A DNA stretch of 64,000 nt, taken from IMG/VR virus record IMGVR_UViG_3300037882_002578, positions 71,903 to 135,902 of that record; one strand, 5' to 3'. Made by a program: the position numbers and the translations under genes. A model generated the notes under the pieces. That model searched no databases, was not told the DNA's origin, and saw nothing but the letters and a program-made list of their open reading frames with translations. This DNA is from a virus. Numbering within the stretch: position 1 is the stretch's first letter; each line of letters begins with the position of its first letter. This document shows, one piece after another, positions 41,857 to 51,861 of this stretch.

Positions 41857-43557
41857 TCAATCTGCGCAACTTATGCATGAGTCCCATGATTCTCCGTCCT
41901 TTTCTAAAGCAGCATGTGCAGAAGAATAGGCATAGTATAAAGTCTTAATTCCTTTTTCCCAAGCATATTTATGTATGTCGTAGATATCCTTCATAGAGTA
42001 ATTTTTTCTAAACATCAGATTCAAACTTTGTCCCATATCTATAAATTCTTGTCTATCAGAAGCTAAATCTATTATATCTTTTGGCGATATTTCAGAAAAA
42101 GTTAGAAATACATCTTTTTCATACCTACTTAAAAAATTTAAATGTTGAACAGAACCATTGTTGTCTTGAATAGACTCCCAAACATCAGGCGTGTTTTTAT
42201 TCTTTGAAGCTAACAAAGTTTCTAAGTGTTTATTTTTAAACACAAATTGTATTTTTGCCAAAGACTTCATAAAAATATTACTCATAAAAGGCTCGAACCC
42301 TCCAGAGGTAGCTCCTGATATAAAAGAAGTTGATTTATTAGGAGCAATCATCATTAAAGAACAGTTCCTTCTAACCATGCCTGCCATTTCACAGTACTTA
42401 GGACTACCTAAACGATTACCTAAATCATAAGTAACTTCTTCCCCTATTTCTCTAATAGTCTTGAATATCTCCTTGTTTAAAGCTCTACTGTACATGTCTC
42501 CATAAGCGTAACCTTTAATTTGAAATAGTTCTGCTAATCCTAATGCACCTAAACCAATATCTGCTTTTTCTTTTGCAGATTTATGGGCTTTTTCTAAAAA
42601 TGGGATACCCTCACTCAGTTTTATATACTCTTGATTAACAATGTCTAAAAACATAAACATATCTCTAATCATTTGAGGATTAGCTTTTATTTCGTCCCAA
42701 TGAACAAGATTAGCCGCAGATATTACACATACAGATGTTAAATCAGGTGTTAAAATATTTAAAAATTCCGTGCAAATATTACTTGTTTTTACACTAAGAC
42801 CTAATTTTTTGTATACAGGAGAAGAGTTTCTATTTGCGTTCTCTTCGTCTAACATGTAAACTTTACCAGTTTTTTTTCTTTCTATAAGTACTTTTAAATA
42901 TCTTCTTTGAGATTCTTTATCTAAAATCAACTTTTGCCTGAAACCTTTTGGTAAGATAATACCGACTGTATTATTAACTAATCTATCTTTTTTATCAGGG
43001 TTTGTCTTAGATATTCTATCCATTAGCCCATCAAAATCATTATCTTCAATAGATATGAATGGAGTGTTATAACCCCTTCTTAAAGAAGATTGACTAACTT
43101 TTTGACCAGCGCCTACTGAGTCTTCAATCCAATCTAATTTAGAGTTAGAGTAAAACCCTTCATCAAGCTTTGTTCCTTTTTGAGCTACTAATTGAAAGTC
43201 GCTACCTACACCCCCTCCAAGTTTAGAAGCAACAGCTACTTGACCTATTGCATTGTATATCCCCTCTATCGAGTCGCCAACAGAAACTATGTAACAGGAA
43301 GCGGGTAAAGGATGAGTGTTCTTACCTTCTTTTGTGACTTTTCCGAAGTTAGCTAAAACAGGGGTAGAAAGACTCAATATATTCTTGTCTAACATATATT
43401 CGATTCTGTCTGCTAATCCTTCAGAGTATAAACGTTCATACTCTCTAACCTTACTGACAATTTCTTTAAATCTTTGTTGAGGGGTTTCATCATCTTGGAT
43501 ATACTTCCCCTCTCTTAAAAACTCTAACTGAGGAGCTTGTAAAAATTCTAATTTCAT
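41857..43557 (-). CDS. nrdA: Class Ia ribonucleotide reductase large subunit (no ATP cone)
   Basis: ASCY, SNICTE, C-V-I, IAPNKSTS, KTLYY and C-terminal CxxC motifs. Confidence 0.93.
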   Translation of the reverse strand: MKLEFLQAPQLEFLREGKYIQDDETPQQRFKEIVSKVREYERLYSEGLADRIEYMLDKNILSLSTPVLANFGKVTKEGKNTHPLPASCYIVSVGDSIEGIYNAIGQVAVASKLGGGVGSDFQLVAQKGTKLDEGFYSNSKLDWIEDSVGAGQKVSQSSLRRGYNTPFISIEDNDFDGLMDRISKTNPDKKDRLVNNTVGIILPKGFRQKLILDKESQRRYLKVLIERKKTGKVYMLDEENANRNSSPVYKKLGLSVKTSNICTEFLNILTPDLTSVCVISAANLVHWDEIKANPQMIRDMFMFLDIVNQEYIKLSEGIPFLEKAHKSAKEKADIGLGALGLAELFQIKGYAYGDMYSRALNKEIFKTIREIGEEVTYDLGNRLGSPKYCEMAGMVRRNCSLMMIAPNKSTSFISGATSGGFEPFMSNIFMKSLAKIQFVFKNKHLETLLASKNKNTPDVWESIQDNNGSVQHLNFLSRYEKDVFLTFSEISPKDIIDLASDRQEFIDMGQSLNLMFRKNYSMKDIYDIHKYAWEKGIKTLYYAYSSAHAALEKDGESWDSCISCAD

Positions 43558-43563
43558 ATTTAT

Positions 43564-44547
43564 TTAAAAGTTAAATGTGCTTAAATCTACTTCTTCATCA
43601 TCAGACGCATAGCCTGAAATCATACTGTCAAAAAAGTCTCCTTCTGTTGTCATAAAAACTTTAGTTTTAAACCAAGAGTTTCTATAGTTAAACAAATCTT
43701 CATCCACTTCAAATTTCAAATCTAATTTTAAATCTTTACTTACAGTGTTAAAATTATAGTTTAAGAAATTTACAACTTCCTCTTTGGTAAGATGTTCAGG
43801 AGTGCCTTTTTCAAAAAACCAATTTATTAGGTTTAATTCTGATTGGTAGGCAACTTGAATATTATCTGTTATTAACTCTATCAAGTACTCATCCCACATC
43901 TGAGGGTACTGTCTTTTTATTATGTTAGTTATATCTATTCCAAATTTATAGTGAATATCTTCCTCTATAGCTGTACTTTCTTGAAGGGCTGATATGGTCT
44001 TTAACCCTCTGTTTCTATAAGCATAAGACATTAAAATATAAAACTGTGTAAACAAACTACATCTTTCCACTAAAGCTGTAAACAAAATTACTTTTTTAAG
44101 TATTCTTTTCTTTCCAATGATTTTAGGGTCTTTTTCTATGTGCTTAGTAAGGTAATTTAATCTCCCTTCTAAGGCTGCATACTTACTTAAATCGTTTACA
44201 TTTACATTTAATACTTCTCCTAGAGCGTGATATGAACGACGGTGGGTCACTTCGCTCTGAGCAAATAGTCCTCCAACATCTCCTATAATTGTTTGAGGTA
44301 AGTCTAAAGGTAACGTAGACCAAAACGTTTTAACTTTATTTTCTACAGACAAAATTGCCAAAATACAACGTCTAATAGCTTCTTGATCGATAGGTTGCAT
44401 TACATTGTAGAAGTGTGGTGCATCTACTTCATTTATCCCCTTTTCGTATTTTGCAGGAGTCCAAAATCCTTTGTACATTATGTGAATGTACTTCTCTAAA
44501 AATTGGTACTCTGGGTCTAAATGTAAGTTATTCTCAAAAATACTCAT
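43564..44547 (-). CDS. nrdB: Class Ia ribonucleotide reductase small subunit
   Basis: Ferritin-like di-iron motifs E..H.RSY, VE...LF.QF and EEDIH. Confidence 0.9.
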   Translation of the reverse strand: MSIFENNLHLDPEYQFLEKYIHIMYKGFWTPAKYEKGINEVDAPHFYNVMQPIDQEAIRRCILAILSVENKVKTFWSTLPLDLPQTIIGDVGGLFAQSEVTHRRSYHALGEVLNVNVNDLSKYAALEGRLNYLTKHIEKDPKIIGKKRILKKVILFTALVERCSLFTQFYILMSYAYRNRGLKTISALQESTAIEEDIHYKFGIDITNIIKRQYPQMWDEYLIELITDNIQVAYQSELNLINWFFEKGTPEHLTKEEVVNFLNYNFNTVSKDLKLDLKFEVDEDLFNYRNSWFKTKVFMTTEGDFFDSMISGYASDDEEVDLSTFNF

Positions 44548-44603
44548 ATTAAATTCCTGTTTTTGTTTTCATTATTATTTTTAGTTAATCAATTTAGATA
44601 AAA

Positions 44604-44700
44604 AAGCCTGACGATTTAACGCATCAGGCTTATGTTTGAATTCTCAGCACTCGTTAAAGTCTGCTGTAATCCAGGTGTCTCAGACAACCTCTTATGTAAT
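44604..44700 (-). promoter_or_regulatory. Structured leader with terminator-like hairpin upstream of nrdB
   Basis: AAGCCTGA/TCAGGCTT stem plus U-run. Its loop CGTTAAA is complementary to TTTAACG 20 nt upstream of the stem. Confidence 0.45.
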
Positions 44701-45665
44701 ATTTCTGTAAAAGTACAACATTTATGTTTAAATATAAAATAAATTATACTTTAGTTTTTAAATTAAAGACTGTTTAATTTTTCATTTCCGCCGAAAATAA
44801 ATTTAGAATTGTTTAAAGTTTCTATCCAAATCTTCTATAATCTTTAAAACCTTATTTTCTTTTTGAATAATCTCTTCTAAAGTAGTAGAACTGTTTAAAG
44901 ACTTCTCTACGTAGTATTTTAAACCTTGAGCTATTCTAGTGTGATAGGTTCTACTTTCATAGAGGTAATCTTCTTGTTCTCCTGTTTTAATTGCTTTGCC
45001 GTTTTCTTTAACTGTTTTATCTCTTTTTCTCATTTCCGAGAATACAAGTACAATTCCGTTATCTCCATCTGGCTCGATATAGTACTTTTCGTCTAGTACT
45101 ATTTTAGTCTGTTGTGTGAAAGATTTATTCATATACAGTTATAGTTTTTAACTTAGGTTTTACTTCTTCTCCAAACCCTTCTTCAAAATCCGTACCATTG
45201 TAAGAAGAGTAAAAACCATCTGTTCTGATATATACATCATGGTCTTTAAAAAACTTAACAGAATACCAAGTCTCACCTTGACCTTCTCCTCCATATTGTT
45301 CAATTTCTTCCCATTCTCCAATATTTTCTAAAGGATTATCTAACTCTCCATATCCAAAATCACTTACATCAATTCCTTGTCTTTCTACTTCTTCTATAAT
45401 TTCTTTTGCTGTCATGTTTACTTAATCTATTAATTCGAAATCTGTTATTTGTTTGATAATTGGTTTAACAATCTGAACTGAGTGTACAAACTCATTGTCA
45501 CCATAACTGTCAGTTCTTAAAACCAACTTTATATGTAAATTATCCTGCCCTAAAGAGTAAATTTCAGTAGTTTCAGAGTAGTCATATTCATTGTCTACTG
45601 TATTAGTAGTAATTTTTGAAAACCTGTGATTATATCTTAGTTTAGGTATATCATTCAATGCCTCA

Positions 45666-46388
45666 TTAATTAATTTGTAACTCATTTTCTATTTTTGTTT
45701 TAAAGTTATATTTTGGTTTTTCTAAGTGTTTGTAGTTTTCTATTGCGAAAATTGATATGTAAAAAGGAAAGTGTTTTATAATATTATCTTTTAATTGCCT
45801 TTTATAAGATACTCTATAGTTTAATTTTGAATACCTCTCCCAAGCCATTACAGCAGTTTCTTCAAAAACTACATCACATTTTTCTTCAAAAGAAAGCGCA
45901 TACCATTTATTTTCATCCAACTCTACTTCACACCCTTCTTTTAAAAGCTGAGTATAGGCAGGGTTACATTCTAAAAGGGTATGTAAGTAGTCATGCTGTT
46001 CTGTAGACATATTTACATTATTAGTAAAAAAATCCTGTTTGTTTGACTCTAAGTTACTCCGTCTTATTTTTGGTAGTGTATTTTCCCAATAAGAACGAAG
46101 CTTTAAGATTAAATTTAAGTCATACTTGCACCCCTTACTTATTAAAAACTGAACATCAAATAAATGTTTTTCCCAATTATTATCCCAAAATAAATGAGAT
46201 ATTTTTAAAGAGAGCATTAAATCAGGCTTTAAATATCCTTCATTTTGATATTCTAATATTATAGGGTTGACTAGGAATTCAGTGTGCCCTTCTCTCCTTT
46301 TTGCCTGTAAAACAACAATATCTAAGTCTTTAGGGTCTCTTGGAAAATCTAAAAAGTAATGTTTTATAGCGGTTGAACCTATTACCAT
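45666..46388 (-). CDS. Putative nucleotidyltransferase-fold protein
   Basis: VIGSTA...PKDLDI signature (GS + DxD). Confidence 0.6.
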   Translation of the reverse strand: MVIGSTAIKHYFLDFPRDPKDLDIVVLQAKRREGHTEFLVNPIILEYQNEGYLKPDLMLSLKISHLFWDNNWEKHLFDVQFLISKGCKYDLNLILKLRSYWENTLPKIRRSNLESNKQDFFTNNVNMSTEQHDYLHTLLECNPAYTQLLKEGCEVELDENKWYALSFEEKCDVVFEETAVMAWERYSKLNYRVSYKRQLKDNIIKHFPFYISIFAIENYKHLEKPKYNFKTKIENELQIN

Positions 46389-47010
46389 ATTAATTTAAAA
46401 TATTAAAAAATTTCGCCCAAAAGAAAGACTGATAAAAAAGAGATAAATAAAATATCCAATAACCTACTAGCCCATAAAAAGGTTTTACCTTAGTATAAAC
46501 TAAAGATTCTATAAAAGTCTCTAAACCTTTTTTAAATAATATTGTATGTGATAGTAAGTACATTACTCCAAATACAAATGTAAAGCTGAATAAAAATTCT
46601 GTTGTTGTCATAGTTTTAATTTTTTGTTGTGCAAATATAAGACATTAATATCTTTTTACATAATTTTGAGCCAAATATCTTTCTATATATTTTCCATTGC
46701 TATCCCACCAAAGTCGTTGTCTTTCTCTTTCGGCTTCTCTTATAGGTTCTCCTCTATCATAATCATCACAAGATTTACATTGATTTGTTTCTAAGTTAAA
46801 TCCTTCGCTTATAGACCATTCGTTGTTGCAAAATGAACACTCTCTTTGTAGATTTATATCTTCCATATTTTAAACTTTTTTGCGCCGAAATAAAAAATAA
46901 AGAAACAGCAACCATAGGCGGATTCTACTGATTTAATCTAAGGTATGTTAACCGCTAAAGTGTAACCTTAAATAACTGTTTCTTTAAATATAAAGTGACT
47001 GATAACTTTA

Positions 47011-47133
47011 GGAAAATGGCAGGGATTGAACCTACATACGTCACGCTGAGTAACCAACAACTCATAGCTTATAAAGCTAAGGGAATTGAACCCTTGCAAA
47101 CGCCACTACCATACCAGTGTGTAAACATTTTCC
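47011..47133 (-). ncRNA. tRNA-like RNA with two D-arm/T-arm modules and no anticodon arm
   Basis: 8-bp terminal stem GGAAAATG/CATTTTCC; T-arms AAGGG-TTCAATT-CCCTT and GTAGG-TTCAATC-CCTGC; D-like arms CACT-GGTATGGT-AGTG and GAGT-TGTTGGTT-ACTC. Confidence 0.55.
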
Positions 47134-47351
47134 TTTTTGATATATGTTTGTTGCCATATATCAGAGCTTCCGAGATTTAACCTATCTCGCTGAGGTTTAA
47201 TAAACAGAATAGATGCCTAGGTATTATTGAGGCACACTTTAATAACTTCCATACTATTCTATCTATTTAAAATTAACAGACTTCAATTAAGCAACCACAC
47301 TCGGTATCTTTTATGAGCAGGTGAATAAAACCATAAGTTTAAACGACCTTG

Positions 47352-47423
47352 TGGACAAAAGGAGACTCGACTTCCCTTACCAATCCCTGCCTCAAGAATT
47401 ACCTTGTGCAGTACATATTGCCC
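47352..47423 (-). pseudogene. Degenerate tRNA-like sequence
   Basis: 72 nt; GGGCAAT/TTTGTCC-A acceptor (6/7 pairs) and a degenerate T-loop GTCGAGT. No canonical anticodon loop. Confidence 0.3.
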
Positions 47424-47628
47424 GTTTAAAAAGTAATAAGACATAGATAAGTTCCTGCGATGGAAGACACTACCTTTTACCCACCACATCCGTTAACACT
47501 GTTCGGAATCTGCGCTATTAAGCCTAGTGACAGTTATTACTTTAATATCGAATGTTCGACCACTTGTCATCTTCGGTAGCTCTCACAAGTAATATGTTAC
47601 TAAAATTGTGAGTCGAATCTTCTATTTT

Positions 47629-48060
47629 TTATTCTCCTAGATATTGAAATACTTCTACAATTTTAGTTTCAGAAACAGCAGGAATTGAATAATCAGAAAC
47701 TGTACCTTTTAATGTAGCAATTGTGTTGTCATAAGCTTCTCTAGCACTATTTGCTTGTACTAACATATATATATTTTGTTTCTTTTCCTTGCCACTATTT
47801 TCGTCGTAAACTAAAAGTGAAATCTTAGATTTAAACCATACATCAGTATCTTCAAAAGCAGCAATTTCTGAGTAATTTGTTAGTTTAATATTTACTACTC
47901 TAAAATCCTCTCCAACATAAACCTTCATTTGCTCATTAATGTTACTCTCGGCTTCACTAAAAGATAAGGCACTTACAATGTAAGATTCTGTCACTACTTT
48001 ATTAACTCCTTGTTCGTCTGTTTTTCTGTGTTTTACACAGCATTCAAAAAATTTATTCAT
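47629..48060 (-). CDS. DUF4494 family protein
   Basis: FEC.VK.RK...KVVTESYIV.ALSFSEAE and WFKSKI motifs, typical of this Bacteroidota/phage family. Confidence 0.75.
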   Translation of the reverse strand: MNKFFECCVKHRKTDEQGVNKVVTESYIVSALSFSEAESNINEQMKVYVGEDFRVVNIKLTNYSEIAAFEDTDVWFKSKISLLVYDENSGKEKKQNIYMLVQANSAREAYDNTIATLKGTVSDYSIPAVSETKIVEVFQYLGE

Positions 48061-48130
48061 ATTTATTTAATTTTAATCTGTTATTTCTACTTTATAGTTA
48101 ATTAATGCTTGGTAAATATTTGGTTTATTT

Positions 48131-48805
48131 TTATAATCTAAAGCCAGTTTTTTTAGCTGTTTGTTCTTTTACAATTTTGTAAGATTCGAATGCTTCTATT
48201 TCTGAACAAAATACTCCTAGATATTTAGACTCTCCGTTTACGTTACATACCGCTTTAAATTTATTAATTCTTTTATCAAAATATACACCTATCAAATACT
48301 CACCTCTGTGGGATTTTCTTTTTGTAAATAAATTATTCACTTCCTGAGGAACAAAACAACAAGTATCAGGACTATAAACTTTGTTATCTTTTATAATAAT
48401 ATCTTTATCTAAAGCATATCCTTCTATATAATTATCTTCAAACCATTTGGAAAAATTTTGGTAATTATGCCATTCTTTAGCTACTGAACATCCTATATAT
48501 GTTGGCTGTTTCTCTTGATATTTTTTACTATAACATCTTTGCAACATATGATTCCAAGTCGTATAAGATTTACTTAATTTACCATTTATTTTTACTTTAT
48601 ACCTACCAATACCAATAAATCCAATATTAAAGACTGATGGATGATTATAATTTTTAATAGAGCCCTTTTTTAAACTACTATAAGATACTCTTACGACATG
48701 ACCATCTTCAAATTTAATCTCTATGTTTAGACATGTTTTATAAGCTATAACTTCAACCAAATAACCTTCATTAGTTATAAATTTTTCACCTATTATATTT
48801 TTCAT
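48131..48805 (-). CDS. HNH-type homing endonuclease with C-terminal AP2-like domain
   Basis: Y.TW..ML.RCY...V..EW.NYQNF..W...LDKD, then IGVYFDKR..KFKA...KYLG.F.SE.EA..Y. Confidence 0.8.
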   Translation of the reverse strand: MKNIIGEKFITNEGYLVEVIAYKTCLNIEIKFEDGHVVRVSYSSLKKGSIKNYNHPSVFNIGFIGIGRYKVKINGKLSKSYTTWNHMLQRCYSKKYQEKQPTYIGCSVAKEWHNYQNFSKWFEDNYIEGYALDKDIIIKDNKVYSPDTCCFVPQEVNNLFTKRKSHRGEYLIGVYFDKRINKFKAVCNVNGESKYLGVFCSEIEAFESYKIVKEQTAKKTGFRL

Positions 48806-49088
48806 AAATTTAACCTATTCTTCGTAATGAGTTACAGTAGTTTTACCTGTTTCTGAATTGTAAGAACTGCTTCCTTGTACTTTTTCACTGTAATTACTTG
48901 CATTGTTTCTGCTGTAAAAATCTTTTGATACTTCTTTCATTTTAATTTTTGTTTTAAATTTATTTTTCGGCGAAAAAGAATAAAAACAGATAATCTTAAC
49001 GCTACTTCTTATTTAAGAATTCTCTACAAGCTTGTTATTAAAAGAGTGCTTTATCTGTTTCTAATTTTTCTTCTACAAAGATATTACT

Positions 49089-49892
49089 TTATTTTTTATT
49101 GTGCAAATATTTTTCGTATGTAGTTACAACACTTGAAATTCTTTTAGCTGTATCTATTAACATATTATGAGTCTCTTTTAATCTTTCTTCTGTCCAAGAA
49201 TAAGGTTCATACCAAATTCTTTCCCCTATTGACAAAGATTTTCTCCCACCCCCATTCATACACTCTTTACCACCAAACCTTTCAATGATACAGTATTCTG
49301 CACTTTCCACTTCTAAGCCAACTTGTCGTTTACCTAAAATATAAATTTCTATTTGATGTTTTTTAAGGTCATGTAAATCTTTTTTAGAACTCTCTGATTT
49401 TGTTTTATAGTCACGAAGTAACTTAATTTTACTACCTACTTCTTTTGTTCTATCATCCACATAACCTAAAACTATAATATCAAGCTCTTCAATATAGTAA
49501 CAAATTTCATCTTGAAATACACCTAAAGGTTTAATTGTATCTAATACATCTTTTTCTTTATCTGTAAAATTTACTAAAGCGTCTTCTAATTCTTTTCTAA
49601 CTTTTAACTCAAGTTTTTGTAACTCTTTTTTAGGTAAGTTTCTTAGAGTAATGTAAGCCTCTGTTTCTGAGCCAAATTGCCCCCAACCAAAATCTCCGAA
49701 ATTAATATTAGATAGTTTATTTAATATCCATTCGTACTCTCCTAATAAACCTGTGTTAAAACCTGATTTATCATTAAAAGACTCACAAGTAGACCAACTT
49801 ATATAGTTTTTACCTATAAACTTTTTATGCTCTTTTCTTGAACCCCCTCTTTTCCAGGTATCTTCACTATATAATCCTACTAAGTTTAACAT
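49089..49892 (-). CDS. PD-(D/E)XK (RecB/Cas4-like) exonuclease
   Basis: GYVDD...RDYKT...Q.EIY motif order. Confidence 0.7.
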   Translation of the reverse strand: MLNLVGLYSEDTWKRGGSRKEHKKFIGKNYISWSTCESFNDKSGFNTGLLGEYEWILNKLSNINFGDFGWGQFGSETEAYITLRNLPKKELQKLELKVRKELEDALVNFTDKEKDVLDTIKPLGVFQDEICYYIEELDIIVLGYVDDRTKEVGSKIKLLRDYKTKSESSKKDLHDLKKHQIEIYILGKRQVGLEVESAEYCIIERFGGKECMNGGGRKSLSIGERIWYEPYSWTEERLKETHNMLIDTAKRISSVVTTYEKYLHNKK

Positions 49893-50836
49893 AAACTATC
49901 TATAAATTCGTTAATTTCTTGCTCTTTTTGTTTTTTTACTGCAACTTTATCCTTTTTTTGTTGATAATGAGCAATTAAAATCTTTTTTAAATTAGCTTTG
50001 TCTTCTTCTGTTGGGTCTTTTATTAATCCCTTTACTTGATTTTTAATTTCTTCGGTAAAAGCTCCGCTTGTATAAATACGTTGTAATAGTGGTAGTTCTT
50101 CTATAAAAGGTTCAAATTTTGTGTTTTCATTTTTATCAATAAATGTCTCAAATGGTTCTTCAAAACGCATTTTTTTGAATATGTTAATATTTGCAAATAC
50201 ATCTTGTTTTACGTATTTATTTATTTTTTCCAATCCATTTTTCCAATACTCCTCTGAAATTTGACTCCCATCTATCTCTGTTTTAGGTGATGGTAAATCA
50301 AAATGATAACACATTTCGTCTACCGATGTATTCGCATAATGTGTGCCACGAAATATATCCATTAAGTCTAAACATCTATCTAAGTTCCAGGGCTTTTTTC
50401 CTGACGTAATAAATCGGTCTACAAGATTTGAAGTTACATCAAAATACTTCATTCCATTTACAGCTACTACGGGTAAATCATAACCTAAAATGTTTGCGCC
50501 AGCTACATAATCAAAAGAGTTTGCTATAGTACAAAATTGTCTTAATATGCTTTCTTCATCTCCTTCTAAAGCTTTAATGTGGACTACATTGTCTTTAATA
50601 AAGCCAACACCCACAGATACAACTTTCATATAGCACATTTTTAATGCTCCATTTCTATTATATTGTTCTAAAACTTCTTCTTGAGGTAATAACTCATCTG
50701 TTTCTCTATTTCTAGTTTTTTTTTGAAACAGTTCAAACTCCTTAGAGTTTACATCTAATTCTTTGTTTTTACGTACAACTTTTAAATCAAAGAACAGTAC
50801 ACTTTCTTGATTAACTTTTTTGATTGTTTGATTCAT
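49886..50836 (-). CDS. DEDD 3'-5' exonuclease related to the PolB exo domain
   Basis: LFFD..., G.NI.GYDLP, LDLMD and Y.KQDV motifs. Confidence 0.75.
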   Translation of the reverse strand: MNQTIKKVNQESVLFFDLKVVRKNKELDVNSKEFELFQKKTRNRETDELLPQEEVLEQYNRNGALKMCYMKVVSVGVGFIKDNVVHIKALEGDEESILRQFCTIANSFDYVAGANILGYDLPVVAVNGMKYFDVTSNLVDRFITSGKKPWNLDRCLDLMDIFRGTHYANTSVDEMCYHFDLPSPKTEIDGSQISEEYWKNGLEKINKYVKQDVFANINIFKKMRFEEPFETFIDKNENTKFEPFIEELPLLQRIYTSGAFTEEIKNQVKGLIKDPTEEDKANLKKILIAHYQQKKDKVAVKKQKEQEINEFIDSLC

Positions 50837-51386
50837 TCTTATCTAATTTATAATTATAATAATATTCTAAAGGATTTTCTTTAAAACATTCATTTTTGCC
50901 TCTAAACTCCTCGTTTGGATGATACCTTAAACTTTTAAAGTCTTCTAGTATTTTACTTTCTGAAAAAGTGTGTGCATATAGATTTCCTTTTTCAAAATAA
51001 ATAACTTTAATACTGTAATTTTTGGGGAACTCTTTTAGTCTTTTGTTAATGTCCTCATTTGTAACTACACCTACTTTAAAGAAAATTTCATTATTGTTTT
51101 TTATTTCTAAAAAATATAACCACGCATCTATTTGTAACCATTGTTCTTTATGATTCTCTGCGTTACCTTTATTAAAAACTCCGAGTGGGTTACCTTGATT
51201 ACATTTTCTACATTTAATACCTCTTTCGTGGTGGTCTGCTCTAACTCTATAATATCCGTGTATTGGGCATCCCACTTCTATGTAGTCTCTTTTCTTATTA
51301 AATACAACCCTGTCATACAAATAAAAATTATTATGTACATCAGAACACTTACTTAAATAATCTTTTTGTGAAGTTTTCCCTTTCAT
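50811..51386 (-). CDS. Putative homing endonuclease-like protein (CPIHG zinc ribbon plus GIY-YIG-like)
   Basis: CPIHG...CRKC and LYFLE...FFKVGV...G.NECF; paralogous to 30402-31364. Confidence 0.55.
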   Translation of the reverse strand: MKGKTSQKDYLSKCSDVHNNFYLYDRVVFNKKRDYIEVGCPIHGYYRVRADHHERGIKCRKCNQGNPLGVFNKGNAENHKEQWLQIDAWLYFLEIKNNNEIFFKVGVVTNEDINKRLKEFPKNYSIKVIYFEKGNLYAHTFSESKILEDFKSLRYHPNEEFRGKNECFKENPLEYYYNYKLDKNESNNQKS

Positions 51387-51438
51387 TTTTATACCTCAAC
51401 TATTAGACTTGATTTAATGTTCTGTAATACTTTCATAT

Positions 51439-51861
51439 TTAATAAGCTAATGTAGTTCTACTTTGTTCTAATTCAGGTAAAAATTCTTTTACTATCTCTC
51501 TACATTTTTGTTCATCTTGAAGCAAGAAGGATGAGGCGACATTACTAACCGAGTGGGTGTAATAAGAATCGTAGAAACTAAACGGTGAGTTATTAAACCA
51601 ATAGTAGTATTTTTTTTGGCTGTCATCATTCATATCAGGCTTCCAACCATTATTCTTATAAGCCACAATCATAATCTCTTTTTGAAGATACTTCAAATGT
51701 AATGGCAAATTTTTATAATCTTTTTCAAATTGTTCTTCCGTTGTATTATGGTATTTATATACTTTTTGCATAGCATTTTGACTTTCAATTTGCTTTAACT
51801 GTTCCTTTGTAAGATTAATTTCTACCTCTTTTCCGTTGATATTAATTTTGATTGTTTTCAT
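51439..51861 (-). CDS. DGR target protein 2 (140 aa)
   Basis: Contains the VR encoding FYDSYYTHSVSNVAS. N-terminus is paralogous to target 1. Confidence 0.85.
   Translation of the reverse strand: MKTIKININGKEVEINLTKEQLKQIESQNAMQKVYKYHNTTEEQFEKDYKNLPLHLKYLQKEIMIVAYKNNGWKPDMNDDSQKKYYYWFNNSPFSFYDSYYTHSVSNVASSFLLQDEQKCREIVKEFLPELEQSRTTLAY
51530..51578 (-). repeat. DGR variable repeat VR2
   Basis: Aligns ungapped to TR 52897-52945 over 49 bp with 8 mismatches, all at TR adenines on the coding strand. Confidence 0.9.

Noticed and set aside
44640-44700. Known riboswitch (SAM, TPP, preQ1) or hammerhead upstream of nrdB
   Set aside because: Only short fragments (AAGAG, GCTGAGA, CTGAGA) resemble the consensus sequences; the full cores are missing.
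46995-47489. ORFs 46995-47180 (+) and 47283-47489 (-) as proteins
   Set aside because: They overlap strongly base-paired tRNA-like structures and have atypical composition; the first also runs against the local transcription direction.
47341-47620. Intact tmRNA
   Set aside because: A 3' end with G3-U70-type identity and an upstream GATTCGAC are present, but there is no matching 5' acceptor strand at tmRNA distance and no convincing tag frame.
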